Assembly (NCBI GenBank): GCA_020891255.1
Contig: BQFW01000014.1
Location: 1,612,001 to 1,676,000 of the forward strand
Direction: 5' to 3'
DNA from: Entomortierella parvispora E1425
Taxonomy: Eukaryota; Fungi; Mortierellomycota
Length of the DNA stretch: 64,000 bases
The position numbers and the translations under genes were made by a program. The notes beneath the pieces were generated by a model. It did not search any database. It was not told where the DNA came from and saw only the letters and a program-made list of their open reading frames with translations. Each line of letters opens with the position of its first letter. Position 1 is the stretch's first letter. Positions 22,403-35,330 of this stretch are shown here, piece by piece.

Positions 22403-25289
22403 ATGACGAGAGCTGCTTCAAATCGAAAGCACAGCTCCGGGAGCACTGCCAGCTCCAGACCAGGGCCCGTTTTCCGTGGCCGAGATGTCGTATTCGTGGA
22501 CCCACTTGGTAAGGAGCGGTTCATTGGCAATTGGGTCCTCTCATTGACCATTGGCTGGAATCAGTTGGAATCAGCCGCTGAATGAAGGGTTCAGTGGTTT
22601 CCACGCAGTGGCCTTGGACGGACCTAAACAGTCTTCTGAACACACAGCCCGACAGAATGTTGTCCCGCCCCTGTTCGTCGCTTGGTCCTTGGCTCTCTTC
22701 TGACAATATGCTCTCTGTGATCACGATGCTTCTTAGACGACAAGGAGAGTTACTGGTGGCCCGCCATGGTAAGGAAGCATCAATTGTCTGTGTCGTAGTT
22801 CTTTCCTTTTGTTCTTTTCTGGCTGGGTGGGTTCTCCTTGGGGGGCCGTCCTGGGATCCGCCCGCATTTCCTTATCAAGCTTATGGTTTCCTGAAATGAC
22901 ATGTGCACCAATGCTCTCCCGCCCTCCCTGCTCACTCGCTGCTATGCAAACCTTTGTACCGTGGGATCCGCCGTTTATTTATTGCGCTTCCATTTAGATC
23001 GTACCGGTGGCCGAGATCGACTCCACGATGGACTGCAGAATCCTAAACCCAGGCGAGTGCCTCGTCAAGTACTTTGAAGACAACAAATACTCGGTCGTCC
23101 CTTTCGCTGACCTCCAGCTGTTCGTACCGACCACCATTCCGTTTCTGGAGTTTGAGTTGGCTGCCGGCCAAAAGTTCTTGAAGAACAGCGGGGTCCTGAA
23201 CGCAATGTCGTACCTTGAAACTGGAAAAGTCAAGCGCAAGTTCTCTTGGAATCGCTTTGGCACCGCACAGGATCAAGACTTGAGTCTGGACCTTCACAAG
23301 CACAAAGCCATCGCACTACCCCTGGTATCCGACGAGATTTACAGCCAGTCTTTGGCTGGGTCTTCCTCTACTACCGGCGCTTTGTCTCCCGCTTCCTCAA
23401 GCACCGATCATGAAACTGAAAATGGTGATCCAACCGCCATCAACGTGGCAGACAATGTTAACCAACCGCCGCACCTCGCCAATACCGACACTGCCGTCTC
23501 CAACACCTCTGGATCGACCGCAAAAGCTCCATCAATAGCGACGAGTCCCAGTCGGTCAAACCTCAGCGCCAAGGGTGAGCACCTCAAGAATGGCCTTCAG
23601 CGGCCTCTTGCGACTACGGCATCTGGCCCGGGAGCACTGCCTTCGCCCGTCAGCCTCGAAGATCTGGCTGCGACGACCGGAGGCGATCAGACTGGAACAG
23701 AGTTCAGAGTCCGCAGGGGCAGCAAGAGGGCCGAGGGCGGCCCAGCAGTCACGAGTGCAAAGGACAGTGCCGCCACCAAGACTCAGGCACGGTCTCGCCG
23801 CGGAAGCCGTGACGATGCTCCCAACAACAACAACGGCCAACCATCCCCGACACCTTCTTCTTCTTCGTCTGCATCTGGATTGCGTATCAACACTGCTGAT
23901 TCAGGAGCATCCACAGCCGCTACAAACGGATCGCCTGTCTCTTTGAAGCGAGCATTGAGCGAGACCATGAGAAAGCCAGGATCCACTTCTGGCCGTTCCT
24001 CCCGACAGGGATCTGTCGAGCCAGCCTCGTCACCCCGTTCCACACGTCATTCATCACGAGGCTCAAAAACGACAGAAGATTCCCTACCGCAGTCCGCCTC
24101 AGGAGACAATTTCGACAGCGCAGTCGACGAGAGCTCATCTCTGAGGATAAAGACACAACGCATGTCACGGACACGATCCGCCCCTAAGAATGGCAGCTCT
24201 CTTTCCCCTAGTTCAACGCACTCCCCCACGATAACACAGAATGGCAAAATCTGGGGGACTGCAGGCAATGCAACTCTTGGTCAGACCAATGGATCCGCCA
24301 AAGGATCATCCGGTGCAAAGACAGTCGATACCCCCGAAGGCAAGGACCTGGTTATGGCCTCGACAGCAAACTCGATGGTGAATGGCAAGACTGAAGTCAT
24401 TGAATCGACCGATATGTCTGCGGATCGCTCGTCTTTGTCAAGGCCACCGTCGTCGATTGTTTCGTCCAGTGCTTCATCTACCTCGTCTCCATCATCGATC
24501 GGAGTTGAGGAGACAACGGGTGCGACGAGCATCCTGCATTTCCTGGACCAGGATCGACAGACGGTGATCTACAGTTTCGACAATGTTCTTCCCACCCTTG
24601 CCATTGGATCCAAGGAGCGTGAGGCGATCTACGAGACATGCATGGAACATCTTCAAAAGCTAAGACGGGAGCATCGCCGACTGAAGGAAGTCCTGAAAGG
24701 ATCGGAATTCCTCTTCAAGGGCCGTCGTGCAACACGATCGTCTCCCCACTATGCGACCCTTCAGCAGAACGCTCAGTCACGGGCGGGGAACCAGGATCGA
24801 GTCAACTCCCCAGGTCGTGCCTCCAAAAATGCAAACTCCAACTCTTCGTCATCTCATAGTAATACTCAGCAGGATACTTCCCATTCGACCGCAACGACTG
24901 GCAATGGGTCGGCTTCAGAGAATGGCACAGGAGCGACCAAGACTGAACGAAAGTCATCACCGACTCCTTCTGGTGCAGCAGCTTCGGCGTCCTCACCCCC
25001 AGAAGCCCAGCCCTCTACACCTCCATCGCCACCCCGGCCGCCTGTCTTTACAGGATCGACCCCTTCGTCTGCTATTTTGACCTCCAATATTTCAGCGACG
25101 ACAAGACGATCAGCAGCGGCAGCGGCAGCTATTGCTGTAACGGCGACCATCAACCGGGGGCGAGGCGGGTACAACAAGAATTCGGATTCGGCCTCCAAGA
25201 AACGGAATGCGGCGGCCATGGCTGCAGCATCGTCGACAGCGGCGGGTGAAGGATCAGAAACACGGTCAAAGCGTCGCACGAACAAATAG
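22403..25289 (+). CDS. PWWP-domain chromatin protein with long disordered region and a C-terminal coiled coil, 3 exons
   Basis: Exons 22403-22508, ~22737-22768 and 22998-25289 give DVVFVDPLDDKESYWWPAMIVP...CLVKYFEDNKYSVV (PWWP-like), then a Ser/Thr-rich tract, EHLQKLRREHRRLKEVL, and a basic C-terminus RSKRRTNK. Confidence 0.8.
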
Positions 25290-26028
25290 AGCAAAGGGAA
25301 AATGAAGGAAAGCAAGAAGGCAAAAAAGTCAAAGTCAAGGGAGAGAAAGAGAGAAGTGAAGTTTGGTCAGTTTTGGAAATCAATGGATCGGGCGACACTT
25401 TTTCTCCCTTGGATGAGAAATGAAAGAGCTTTCTTCTTTGGTCGAGATGAATGATAGCACGTAAAAAAAAATCCATTTTTAATACAAAGTGAGAAACACC
25501 AAAAAAAAAAAAAAAAAAAGCAAAATGAGCTGCAGGGTGACTCGATTCAGCGGGAGAGGGGATGCAAGGCATGGCATAGCATGGCATGCTCGGGAAAGGA
25601 AGGAAATGAAAAAAAAAAAGCAAGTCAGCAAGTCAGCAAGTCAGCAAAAGCAAAGCAAGGAGTCAAGCCAAGAGGGAAGAGTGTCCAAAAGGGGCAGGAG
25701 ACAGACAAAGCAAACAAAGCAAAGCGAGAATGAGAGCCACGCGTGCTGATTGGCCATGTGCGGTCGGTACCCCGCACTCGCTTCTCCTCTCAAGATGAAT
25801 CATCGTCTGTTGCGTCTTTTGTCTTTGGTGAGATCGGTGCTTCAACGGAGCGATCCTGGGGAGATAAGAGCTGTTTCCGCTTTGACTCTATCATTCTTCT
25901 ACTGTAGTCATCCTTCTCCTTTCCCTTTTCCTTTTTTTCCCTTTTCCCTTTTTCCCTTTTCCTCTTTCTTCTTCACTCCTTCACCCACCTTCCCCCTTTA
26001 TTTCTGCATTCCCAGATCGAAATCAGTC

Positions 26029-27324
26029 ATGTCAACCACCCATGCTGTCAACCACAAATGGAACTTTGGCGCCGGACCTGCCATGATCCCTCGTCCAGTG
26101 CTCGAGAGGGCCCAGGCCGAGTTCCTCGACTACCAGGGCACAGGTCTCTCCATCATGGAGTTATCGCACCGATCCGCTCCTTATGAACAGCTCAACAACC
26201 GTGCTCAGGACCAGCTCCGGACCCTATTGTCGATCCCTGCCAACTACAAGATCCTGTTCATGCAAGGAGGCGGTCATACCCAGTTTGCCGCGGTCGTCTA
26301 CAACCTCTTGGCCTGGAGACATCGTCAAAACAAGGCAGAGAAGGGCGAGGCCGGCCAGGGCGATTGGAGAGCGATTCCTGTGGATTATGTCGTCTCGGGT
26401 TCCTGGTCCGCCAAGGCCGTCGAGGAGGCTCAACGGTTGGGCGCTAACGTCCGGGTAGTCTGTGATGCCAAGAAGGCCCTCGGAGGGTTCAAGGGCATCC
26501 CTGCGGAATCGACCTGGGTTCGCTCCACGGACCCCACTTTGGACTCCAAACCCGCCTACCTCTACTATTGCGATAACGAGACTGTGAACGGTGTCGAGTT
26601 TCCCTTTGTGCCCTCGTTGCAAGGAAAGGACATTCCTCTGGTCTGTGACATGTCCTCGAACATCCTCTCCCGCAAGGTCGATGTCTCGAAATTCGGCGTG
26701 ATCTATGCAGGCGCTCAAAAGAACATTGGACCCGCCGGTGTCTCGGTCGTGATTGTGAGAGAGGACTTGTTGGAGACGTCAGAGTCCAAGAACGGGTTGG
26801 TGCCCGTGCCGTTGATGTTGGATTACAAGACCATGGCCAAGAACAACTCGTTGTACAATACCCCGCCCATGTTTGGTATCTACATCTCGTCGTTGGTCTT
26901 TGACTGGTTGTTGAATGTGGAGGCGCAGAGGATTCAGGATGGACAGCAGGCGGTGGCGAATGATCAGACGGTCGGCGTGGAGGCCGCAGAGGCCAGGAAC
27001 AAGCGCAAGGCTGAAAAGTTGTACACGGCGCTGGAGGAGTCGCGCTTCTTCCATATCGTGGTCTCGGACAAGGCGGCGCGCTCAAAGATGAACGTCACGT
27101 TTACCATCTCGGCCACGCCCAAGGGATCCGACGCTGCCGTGGACAAGGAGGCGGACAAGGCCATGGAGAAGGCTTTCTTGAGCCAAGCAGAGGAACGCGG
27201 CTTGTTGCAGTTGCCCGGTCATCGCTCCGTGGGTGGGATCCGTGCTTCGATCTACAACGCCATGACCGAGGAAGGCGTCGATGTCTTGATTGCTTTCCTC
27301 AAGGAATTTGAGCAGCAGTATTAG
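26029..27324 (+). CDS. SER1: Phosphoserine aminotransferase (SerC/PSAT1), single exon
   Basis: NFGAGPAMIP, SIMELSHRS, LFMQGGG, CDNETVNGVE, LVCDMSSNI, YAGAQKNIGPAG (PLP lysine), SLYNTPP, GHRSVGGIRASIYNAM. Confidence 0.97.
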   Translation: MSTTHAVNHKWNFGAGPAMIPRPVLERAQAEFLDYQGTGLSIMELSHRSAPYEQLNNRAQDQLRTLLSIPANYKILFMQGGGHTQFAAVVYNLLAWRHRQNKAEKGEAGQGDWRAIPVDYVVSGSWSAKAVEEAQRLGANVRVVCDAKKALGGFKGIPAESTWVRSTDPTLDSKPAYLYYCDNETVNGVEFPFVPSLQGKDIPLVCDMSSNILSRKVDVSKFGVIYAGAQKNIGPAGVSVVIVREDLLETSESKNGLVPVPLMLDYKTMAKNNSLYNTPPMFGIYISSLVFDWLLNVEAQRIQDGQQAVANDQTVGVEAAEARNKRKAEKLYTALEESRFFHIVVSDKAARSKMNVTFTISATPKGSDAAVDKEADKAMEKAFLSQAEERGLLQLPGHRSVGGIRASIYNAMTEEGVDVLIAFLKEFEQQY

Positions 27325-27597
27325 TTTCGTTTTATTCCCCCCCCACAAACATTATTATTAAAAATATGAATCCAGAAACATCTATCTCGAGCTTCCAAAA
27401 AGATAAAAGAAATGGAGGACAAATGTACATGGTCTTTGCTATTTTTTTTATTTCAAAAAAGAACGCAAAAAAGATACAAAAATGAAAGACGGGAAACAAA
27501 AAAAAGAGGAGGATATAAATACAAGAAAGATAGGTTCATAGAAACAGAAAAAAACAAAAATAGAGATGAGCGAAAGGGAGAAGGGATCATGCTGTTT

Positions 27598-30500
27598 TTA
27601 CACCTTCTCCGCATCTCGTTCGGGCGCCACCTTTTCGTCCGCTTGGCTGCGGTAGCTGTGATGGCTGCTGTGCTGACTATGGACACTGTTGCGATTGAGT
27701 TGGCTGCTATGGCGGTGGTGCTTTCGTCGGACCTCGTCTTGCATAGCCTGGACCACCTCCTCGTCCTCGGGTTCCAAATCATCATCATCTTCTTCCTCGT
27801 CGTCGTCCTCCTCTTCGTCGTCATGGTCATGGTCGCCATCCAGAGTCCTACGCGAGTTGGCTTCAAGATCGTGACCGGCGGTAGAAGAGCCTCGACGACG
27901 GCGAGTCGTTGGCTCCATCTCTACCATAGCCTCCTGATCCTCAAAGTCATTGTCAGGGACGCTCTTGCCGGACGCGTTCTTGTTCTTCTTCTTGGAACTG
28001 TCCTTCAGGGCCTTGAGCTGCTGTTGGTGTTTCATCTGGGACAATCGCTGATCCTCCTGAATGATTTGAGCATCCGAGGGGAAGTACTGGCGCATGCAGA
28101 ACGCGATCGTGTAATCGGGCAACAAACAGCCGATGGGGATCACGAGCAAGCTCAGGTAGTACAGGGGCATGGTGTGCAATGTGACAAAGACTCCACTCTC
28201 CAACAGTCCCACAACCTCTAGACCGATAAAGACGACAAGGTATCCAACCATGGAGACTGTCAATGCCAGTGCGATCGGCATGGTCCATCGAGAGATCATG
28301 AGAGACATCTTGAGCGTGACAGTCATCAAAACCAACGATCCGGCATAAAAGCTGAGCACGGACGTATCCATGATCTCTGATTGAGAATCTACAACTCCAT
28401 TGGTCAATGCTCCGTAAATGCTTCCGAAGAGTGCTATATAACAGTAGAAAGTGGGAGGTTAGAACCTATCAGGCACAAAAAAGATGAACATTTTTTTTCC
28501 AAAATTTACCTCCAGAATGCCAGAAGGAGGCAACACCCCATCCGACCATGGTCAATGTGTTCCAATAAAGTCCGTCCTTGACGGCCTTGTAAAGCTTGGG
28601 GTACTTTCCGATCAACTCTTCCTCAACGTCCTTCTCGAAACAGGCGGTCGCAATGGGCATCAACGCCGTAAAGACCATGTTCCAAAGTGTCAAAAAGTTT
28701 TCGTCATAGAGCGATCCTCCCGACCAGGCATTCAAGAAGCCGAACCAGAATTGGACCGTGATCAAACAAATGGACTTGTAGAATGAGAAAAAGATGATCT
28801 TGCTCATTCGCAGGTACGAGTACCGTCCATGGATCGTGAGAAGTCGCTTCAGGTTCTTGAACTGTTTGAAACTGAAATCGGATGATCGAGCGGCCTGGGC
28901 ACCCTCCATTCCCTCAATGCCGACACCGACATGGGCGGCTTGGATCATGGAGATATCGTTGGCACCATCACCGATTGCCAAAGTGACCTTGTGCAATTTT
29001 TTGCGGACCAATTTGACAACCAGAGCCTTTTGAAGAGGGGTAACACGACAGCAGATGACCTATAGTGAAATGAAGACGAAGGAAAAGAGAAATGGTGTTA
29101 GTTCTAAAGAGTCCTTTTGGTAATAGTTTGATCCGCCCATCAAAAAAAAAAAAAAAAAAAAAAAGGCTCTTACCGAGTGACAGTTGGTTCCGATTTTCAA
29201 GAACATGTCCTCAAAGATCTCGTTACCGAGCACAAAGGCCAAACTCTCGCCATTGACGACAAGAGCATATTTGTCCTTCTCGGGAGGTTCCATGCGATCA
29301 TGGGCTCCCTTGTCGTTGCCAGAGGAACTCGAAGATGTGTTCTGTTGCTGATATTCCTGCCAGAATCGTTCCTCGTCGCGTTCCCGCTCCTTGATCTTTT
29401 CCACAAAGTACTCCAAGACCAATCGACAGTCTCTCTCCACCTTGACGTTCAAAACCAAGATCTTCATGGCGGGGGAAATCAAGCGGGAGGAGATACCAAT
29501 GTTGATGGCGGTCTCTTGCTTGTCACCAGTCAACAGCCAAATCTTGATATCGGCGTCCATCAAGTACTCGATCGTCTCGGGTACTTGGTCTTGAAGACGA
29601 TCCTCAATGGCCGTGCAGCCCAACAATCGAAGACGACCCTCGATCGACTCGCAGGCGACTCTGATCATCTCCTCTCGATCATCGCTACCATCCTCGCCGT
29701 CACCAATATGACACTCGGCCTTGGAGTACTTTTCATCAAAGATCCTGTACTCTTCAGGACTGAGAGGTCGCCAGGCCAGCATCAAAGTACGAAGACCAGC
29801 GATCGAGAAGCGTCGTACAGTGCCATCCAGCTGACGCATCAGCAAGGGGTCGTTTTCCATATTGTCCGCACGGGCCAAGATGACGTTGTCAGCACCCTTG
29901 CAGAAAAGCTGAATGCCCTGAGGCGTGTCAATGATGACAGACATGCACTTGCGATCCGACGTAAACTCGAGCACCTTCAGAACAGTGTACGTCTCAGTGA
30001 TCAATCCAAAGATTTCGACCGTGACCGAGTCCTTGGTCTTGGCCTTCAAGACCACACCATTGTCTCTGAGAGCCTCCAAGAGTGCAGACTCATCGGGCGA
30101 CTGGGCTTCATACAAAAGTTCTCCTGTCCTGGCATCCTCGCAGGGCAAGACGGCATGGCAGACGGCAATGTTTCTGCAGAACGCCATCAACAAATCATAC
30201 TCTTCATCGCTGATGGAGGGATCCCGCATCCGTTGTCCAAGACTTCCAGGTTGTTGAAGCTCATGAAAAGTGCGACCGCCGATATGCCACTTGGACAACT
30301 TCATGACGTTCCGGGTCAAAGTTCCAGTCTTGTCCGAAAAGATGTACTGAACCGATCCCAGATCCTCGTTCAAGTTGGAGTTGCGAACGTGCATCCTGGT
30401 CCAGTTCTTGGGCGACTTTTTCTTTTTCTTGAGCATGGCACCAAGCTTGCCTCGACGCCAGAACTTGTTGTTGGTGGGCTTGTTCTTTTTGAGACTGATG

Positions 30501-33500
30501 GCAGTTGAAGTCGAGGTGTTGATGCGGGCAAGGCGTTGACGAGCATGAAGGGCAGCCTTGGCTTCGTCATCGAGATCACCTTGTTCCAATGCAATCTCTT
30601 CCTGCTCGGCCTGACTGAGAGGTCCGTCGTTGTAACTTCGCATTTCCTCATCCCAAATCATCCACAGGGCTTGAACCACGCGACAAAGTTCGACCGAGAT
30701 AAAGACCGAGATGGGAATCACGAACGTGTAGATGACATAAAAGTTCATCAACTGACCGACAAACACACTGGCATCCGAATCCGCGGGCACAAACTCGGGC
30801 CCCACTTCAGTCGTATACCAAGCCACAGGTGCACGCAGGTATTCGGAATGTGTACCAACATAGGCAAAGCACATGGACGCCACCAACAGGAAGGCATTGA
30901 AGACAAAAATAGCGACAATCATCCTGTTGAGTTTGGTTTCCATGGTTGAGAACTTGAGACCGGTGTTCTTGAGGTTCCGCATCATCTTTGTATCAACACC
31001 CGCATAGAGAACGACACCATACGCCCAGTCTGTGTTCTTGAGCCAGCATCCACGAAGGGCAACATTGGACATGGTCACGGGTGCGACTTCGTCGATCTTT
31101 GAGCGTGGAACAGAGCCGGCGATGGACTTTAGACTGTTGTAGCTGAGGTCCTTGGCCATGCTTGAGGATGAAGACGAAGAAGGGGATGGGCCTCCTTCCT
31201 GGTCTCCCTTTTCCATCATGTCCTCCTTCTCGCTGACTTGGTTAGGAGCGCTTGAAGTCGAGGCCGATTGCTCGTGCAGGGTCTCGTAGTTAAAGTCCGA
31301 GCCATCGTAAAGGATCTTGACACGTCCATCCAATCTCGACAGTCTCTCATTGGGCATCTCGGTCGTGAAGGTTCCCCTCAATCGTGTGACCTGTTCCAAG
31401 CTTGTTAGATCTGCGGTCAAACTCAGGGCAGCCTTGCGTTTCAAATTCGTCTCTCCATCCAGTTCGGATGTTTCGACAAAACAGGCACCCTCGTCCATGG
31501 ACGTGGAGATGAGGACAACATCGGCGGGGATCTTGTCATTCTTGCAAATTTTGAGCACATCACCCGGTCGAATGTCTTTGCTCTTAATGGGGATCAATTC
31601 GCCTTGGCGGACCAGAGTGCATTCGAGAGAATTTGAGCGTTTGTCTTGCTGGTATCGGCGCTATGATATTTACAGGGGCAAGGTTTTAGTTTTCAGTCGC
31701 TGGATGACAGCAACTACAAGAATAGAAGGCTGCGGAGGAAATTAACATACGTAGTCCTCGAGAGCATCTTTGATGGCGGTGATGGTGAGGACCATTGTCA
31801 GAGGCAGGATCTCGGTAACGGGTGAAAGCGATGGTTCTGCGCAGACAAAGATAGCCGCGCATAAAAAGTAAATGTTGTAAAAGCGCTTGAACTGGTTTGA
31901 TTGGGCCCAGACAGAATCAGAAAAGGGTCAAAGTTTCGATTGTTTGTCCCAGTGTAACCATGGTCGTCATCGTCGAGGATCGATCGGCCGTTGATGGGAA
32001 GGTCGCGTGTGTGTCGACAACAGGAACAGAGTGACCATGCAGAGAAAGCGGTGAACAAAAAAAAATGGACCGGGTGAATATTTCACACCAAATGCGAGAG
32101 AAAAAAGAGAGAGTTGGTTTTTAGTTAGTGCACAGATCCCGATCACAAAGTTGTAAAAGGCCAAGATGCATCCCCACGTCCCCATGCAATTGGCGCTGAT
32201 GTTGTAGCTCAACCATATCAAACAGGTTATCAAAAAAATGGACTTTCCAGGTAGATGACCAATTTTCAGACCTCTGTCCCCCCAACTCACTCAAAGTTTA
32301 TGACGCGCGTAATCAATGTTCCGATGTTTTCTCTTTTTGTCTTCCGCAGGCCGTTATCCCCTCCACCCCTGATCCAATTGTTGTCGGTCATTCATCATTG
32401 CCTCCAGGGCAGGACGTTGGCTCACTTTACCTGGAAGAGGAGGTTGACGGGTAAAAATGTCACAAGGGTATACTTGGTCGTCTTGATGTTGTTGGTAGGG
32501 TACTTGTACCGAGGTTTCCGTGTCTTTGGATCCAGATCTCGTCCCGGAAAGCCTGATCGCAGCACCTTGCGCAATCGACCCCAGGCCGTGTGATCCAGTC
32601 TCCTAGCCTCCTCTTGGGCCGGGTCTGGGGGTGCATTGAACTCGACCTCATAAAACTCTTGCCTCGACTCTCCATCGCCTCCTTCACTATTATTCCGGTT
32701 CAGGTCAAACGACCGGATACTTGGTGCTATGCTCGAGCCTGCAAATTGCAAAAGATTTGTCAGGCGGTAATCGAAAAAGGAGGATCGGATACCAGAACCG
32801 TTATTCGTTGTGCTCGACATTTGAAGCGGGTTGTTGATGCCGAGCAGTCCTTCCGACCCCCTGTACTCGCCCGTTGTCCCTGCTCCTCCAGCGGCTGCTT
32901 GCTGTTGATTCGCCTGATGAACAGATGTTGGTCTGGAGGGTGGCACGAATGCCCTTGAAGAGAACGGGAGTCGGAAGCGTTGAGCCAGAGTTGCAGGCGG
33001 TGTGTTTCCGTTAAGAGCGAGGTTTGTGGTGGAGGATCCTGCAGGTGCAGGCAAAGGGGTTCCTGGTCGTGTCGATGAGTGTGACAGTGAAGGAGGAATG
33101 AACCCAGAGCTGAGGCCTAGAGAGGTGGCGGCCAGGTAGTCGGTCGCACCGTTGAGGTTCGCCTTGAGATAGTCGGTCATTGTCATTTCAGAGCCATTGC
33201 CGGCGCCACTGCCATTAGAGCCTGCCTGATCCGCTGATCCGACAGTTATGGCTACTGTTGTTGGTGGCGTGGTTTGGTTAGAGTCCTGTTCACTCTCTAA
33301 CTGTTGTTGTTGCTGCTCTAGCTCAAGTTGTTCAGCAGCTTCGGCGGCAGCAGCGGCTTCAGAGATGTCCGGGATGATCAAGTTTAGGATATGGTAGGCA
33401 GAGACTATCTTTTCTTCTTCTTCGTCATGGTGATGATCCCCGTCGTGCATATCGTCGTTTGCGTTGTCGCCCATGGATTCGATTTGATCCTCGTCGTGGA

Positions 33501-34392
33501 CAAGGATGTCGGGAATGACAGGATCCCAAGTATCCGTACTCTGGGGTGGACCCTTGTCGACACTGAGATTGAGCTGTGCCTGAACCAGATCGGAATCTTC
33601 TTGACTGATCGGTCCACTCTTTCTCTGGAACTGGTTGCTCGACAACACCGGAGCTGCACTCCCACTACGAGGTCGTCGTGTTGTAGTAGAGTGTGAACCT
33701 GTCACCGATAGTGAAGTGGATGAAGATGAAGGAATAAGGCTGGGGGATGGAGGGATCAACAGTGATAGGTTGGCAGGTCTGGGTGATGTAATGGACCCAC
33801 TTCTGGATCGACCACCTGCTGACGAAGACGACGAGGCAAGCGTGGATTGTGAAGTGACATGTCGTAGTTTGGAGGAAGGCCCCGAAAGGGTTCCTGTTGC
33901 CGCCCTGGGTGTTAATGAGGAGGAGAGGGAGGAGGATGTGGGTCTGGATGGGAGATCATCTGGTAAGACTTCGAGTCGAAGAGACGAGGACGTGGTGGGG
34001 GTTCTGCTGGTGTTATGAGCCATTGGCAACGAGCCGCTTCTGGGACGAGTGAGGAATTTGTTGGCGGTTGCGGGCGACAGCGATCGGTTGATGGAGGATG
34101 AAGGGGAGGGGTTCAGGGTGGAACTGGCCAGGCCGGAGGATGGTGGTGGGGTGGAAGGAGACAATAAGGCAGAGGATGGCGGGGCCTGATATGAGGAGGC
34201 GAGTGAAGACGAGGACGAGAAGGTGGAGGACGATCTAAGAGGTTGCTGAAGGTGATGTGAACGAGGTGGGGAGGAAGCCAGGTCTGGTTGTGGAAGAGAG
34301 AGAGACGAGACGGAGGAAGAGGTGGAGAGAGAGGAGGGGTTGTTGGGAGGGGAGCCAGGCACGGGCGGGTGCGGTGGACCCGATGAAGTCAT
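27598..34392 (-). CDS. P4-type ATPase (phospholipid flippase, Drs2/Dnf/ATP8 class), multi-exon
   Basis: NNIKTTKYT...NLLFQ, VETSELDGETNLK, IPISVFISVE, FSDKTGTLT (phosphorylation Asp), CKGAD, LLTGDKQETA, LAIGDGANDISMIQAAHVGVGI, HGRYSYLR. The start is placed at the first in-frame ATG. Confidence 0.95.
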
Positions 34393-34971
34393 GGCTGGCG
34401 ATATGTCAGAGTCAGGGCCAGAGAGCGATGACGAGAGGAAGGATGGAGAAAGAGAAGAAGGGTGTTGGTGGGACAAAGAAAAGAAGGAAGGGAGGAAGGG
34501 AAGACAGGGTAAAGGTACAAGAAAGAGGAAAGAAAGAACCTTGACCTGGAGAGGAGAGGAGAGCGGACAAATGAAAAGAACTGTCTCGAGAGCAAATCAA
34601 TAAGAGGAAAGAATAGATTGCGTTGCGATGGGACGGTCAGGTCGGGGCAGATAGCGGTGCGTGTGAGGTGTGAGGGACAGGAACAGGAACGGGGCAGAAA
34701 CTATACTATCGTGGAAGCACCTTGACTGAGAGCTGAACTGGATTTGAGTTGGGCACTCAGGCACAGAGACACAGAGACAGAGACGCAGGCAACAGCCTGG
34801 AACAGGGGCGACAGAGGGCGGAGAGAATAAAGTAGGCACACGAGCTGTGGATCCGAGTTTGACGCCGTCTGTGGGGCGGCGGTGGTGGTGGGAGAGCAGG
34901 GGAGAGAGACAGCACAGGGGGCAGGGCGTAAATGCAACTTTGTCGATGCGAATCAGGGACGGATGAGTTGC

Positions 34972-34996
34972 TGTCTGTCTGTCGGTCTGTCTGTCG

Positions 34997-35035
<39 letters not shown>

Positions 35036-35330
35036 GGTCTGTTTCTGGACAAATGCCAAGTCGAATGAGGCGGTGATGGCGAATGAAGAAGAGGGAAGGG
35101 GGGTTGGCCGAGGGATGAGGAATGAATGAAGAGCAGAAGAAAGAGAGAGAGAGAGAGAGCGAGGGACACGGCCAAGGCGACAGTGGGGGATGATAGATGA
35201 TGGGGGGGCGGGCACAAAAGGGGGTCCGTCCTGTCCAGTCGTGTTTATTTGTCTGCCTGCCTGCCTGTCTGTCTGTCTGCCTGCCTGTCTGTACTGTCTG
35301 CCTGCCTGTCTGTACTGTCTGCCTGCCTGT
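34972..35330. repeat. Two imperfect (GTCT/GCCT)n tetranucleotide tracts
   Basis: ctgtctgtctgtcggtctgtctgtcgg... at ~34972-35043 and ctgcctgcctgcctgtctgtctgtc... at ~35250-35330. A (GACA)n tract also occurs at ~40421-40451. Confidence 0.9.

Noticed and set aside
25750-26028. N-terminal extension of SER1 in the supplied 524-aa ORF
   Set aside because: It is a pyrimidine-rich leader. Homology begins at the ATG at 26029 (MSTTHAVNHKWNFGAGP).
27412-30508. Long plus-strand ORFs (27412-28221, 29177-30508)
   Set aside because: Antisense shadows of the P4-ATPase coding exons. The same applies to shadows over SLC35F6, SER1 and DUG1.
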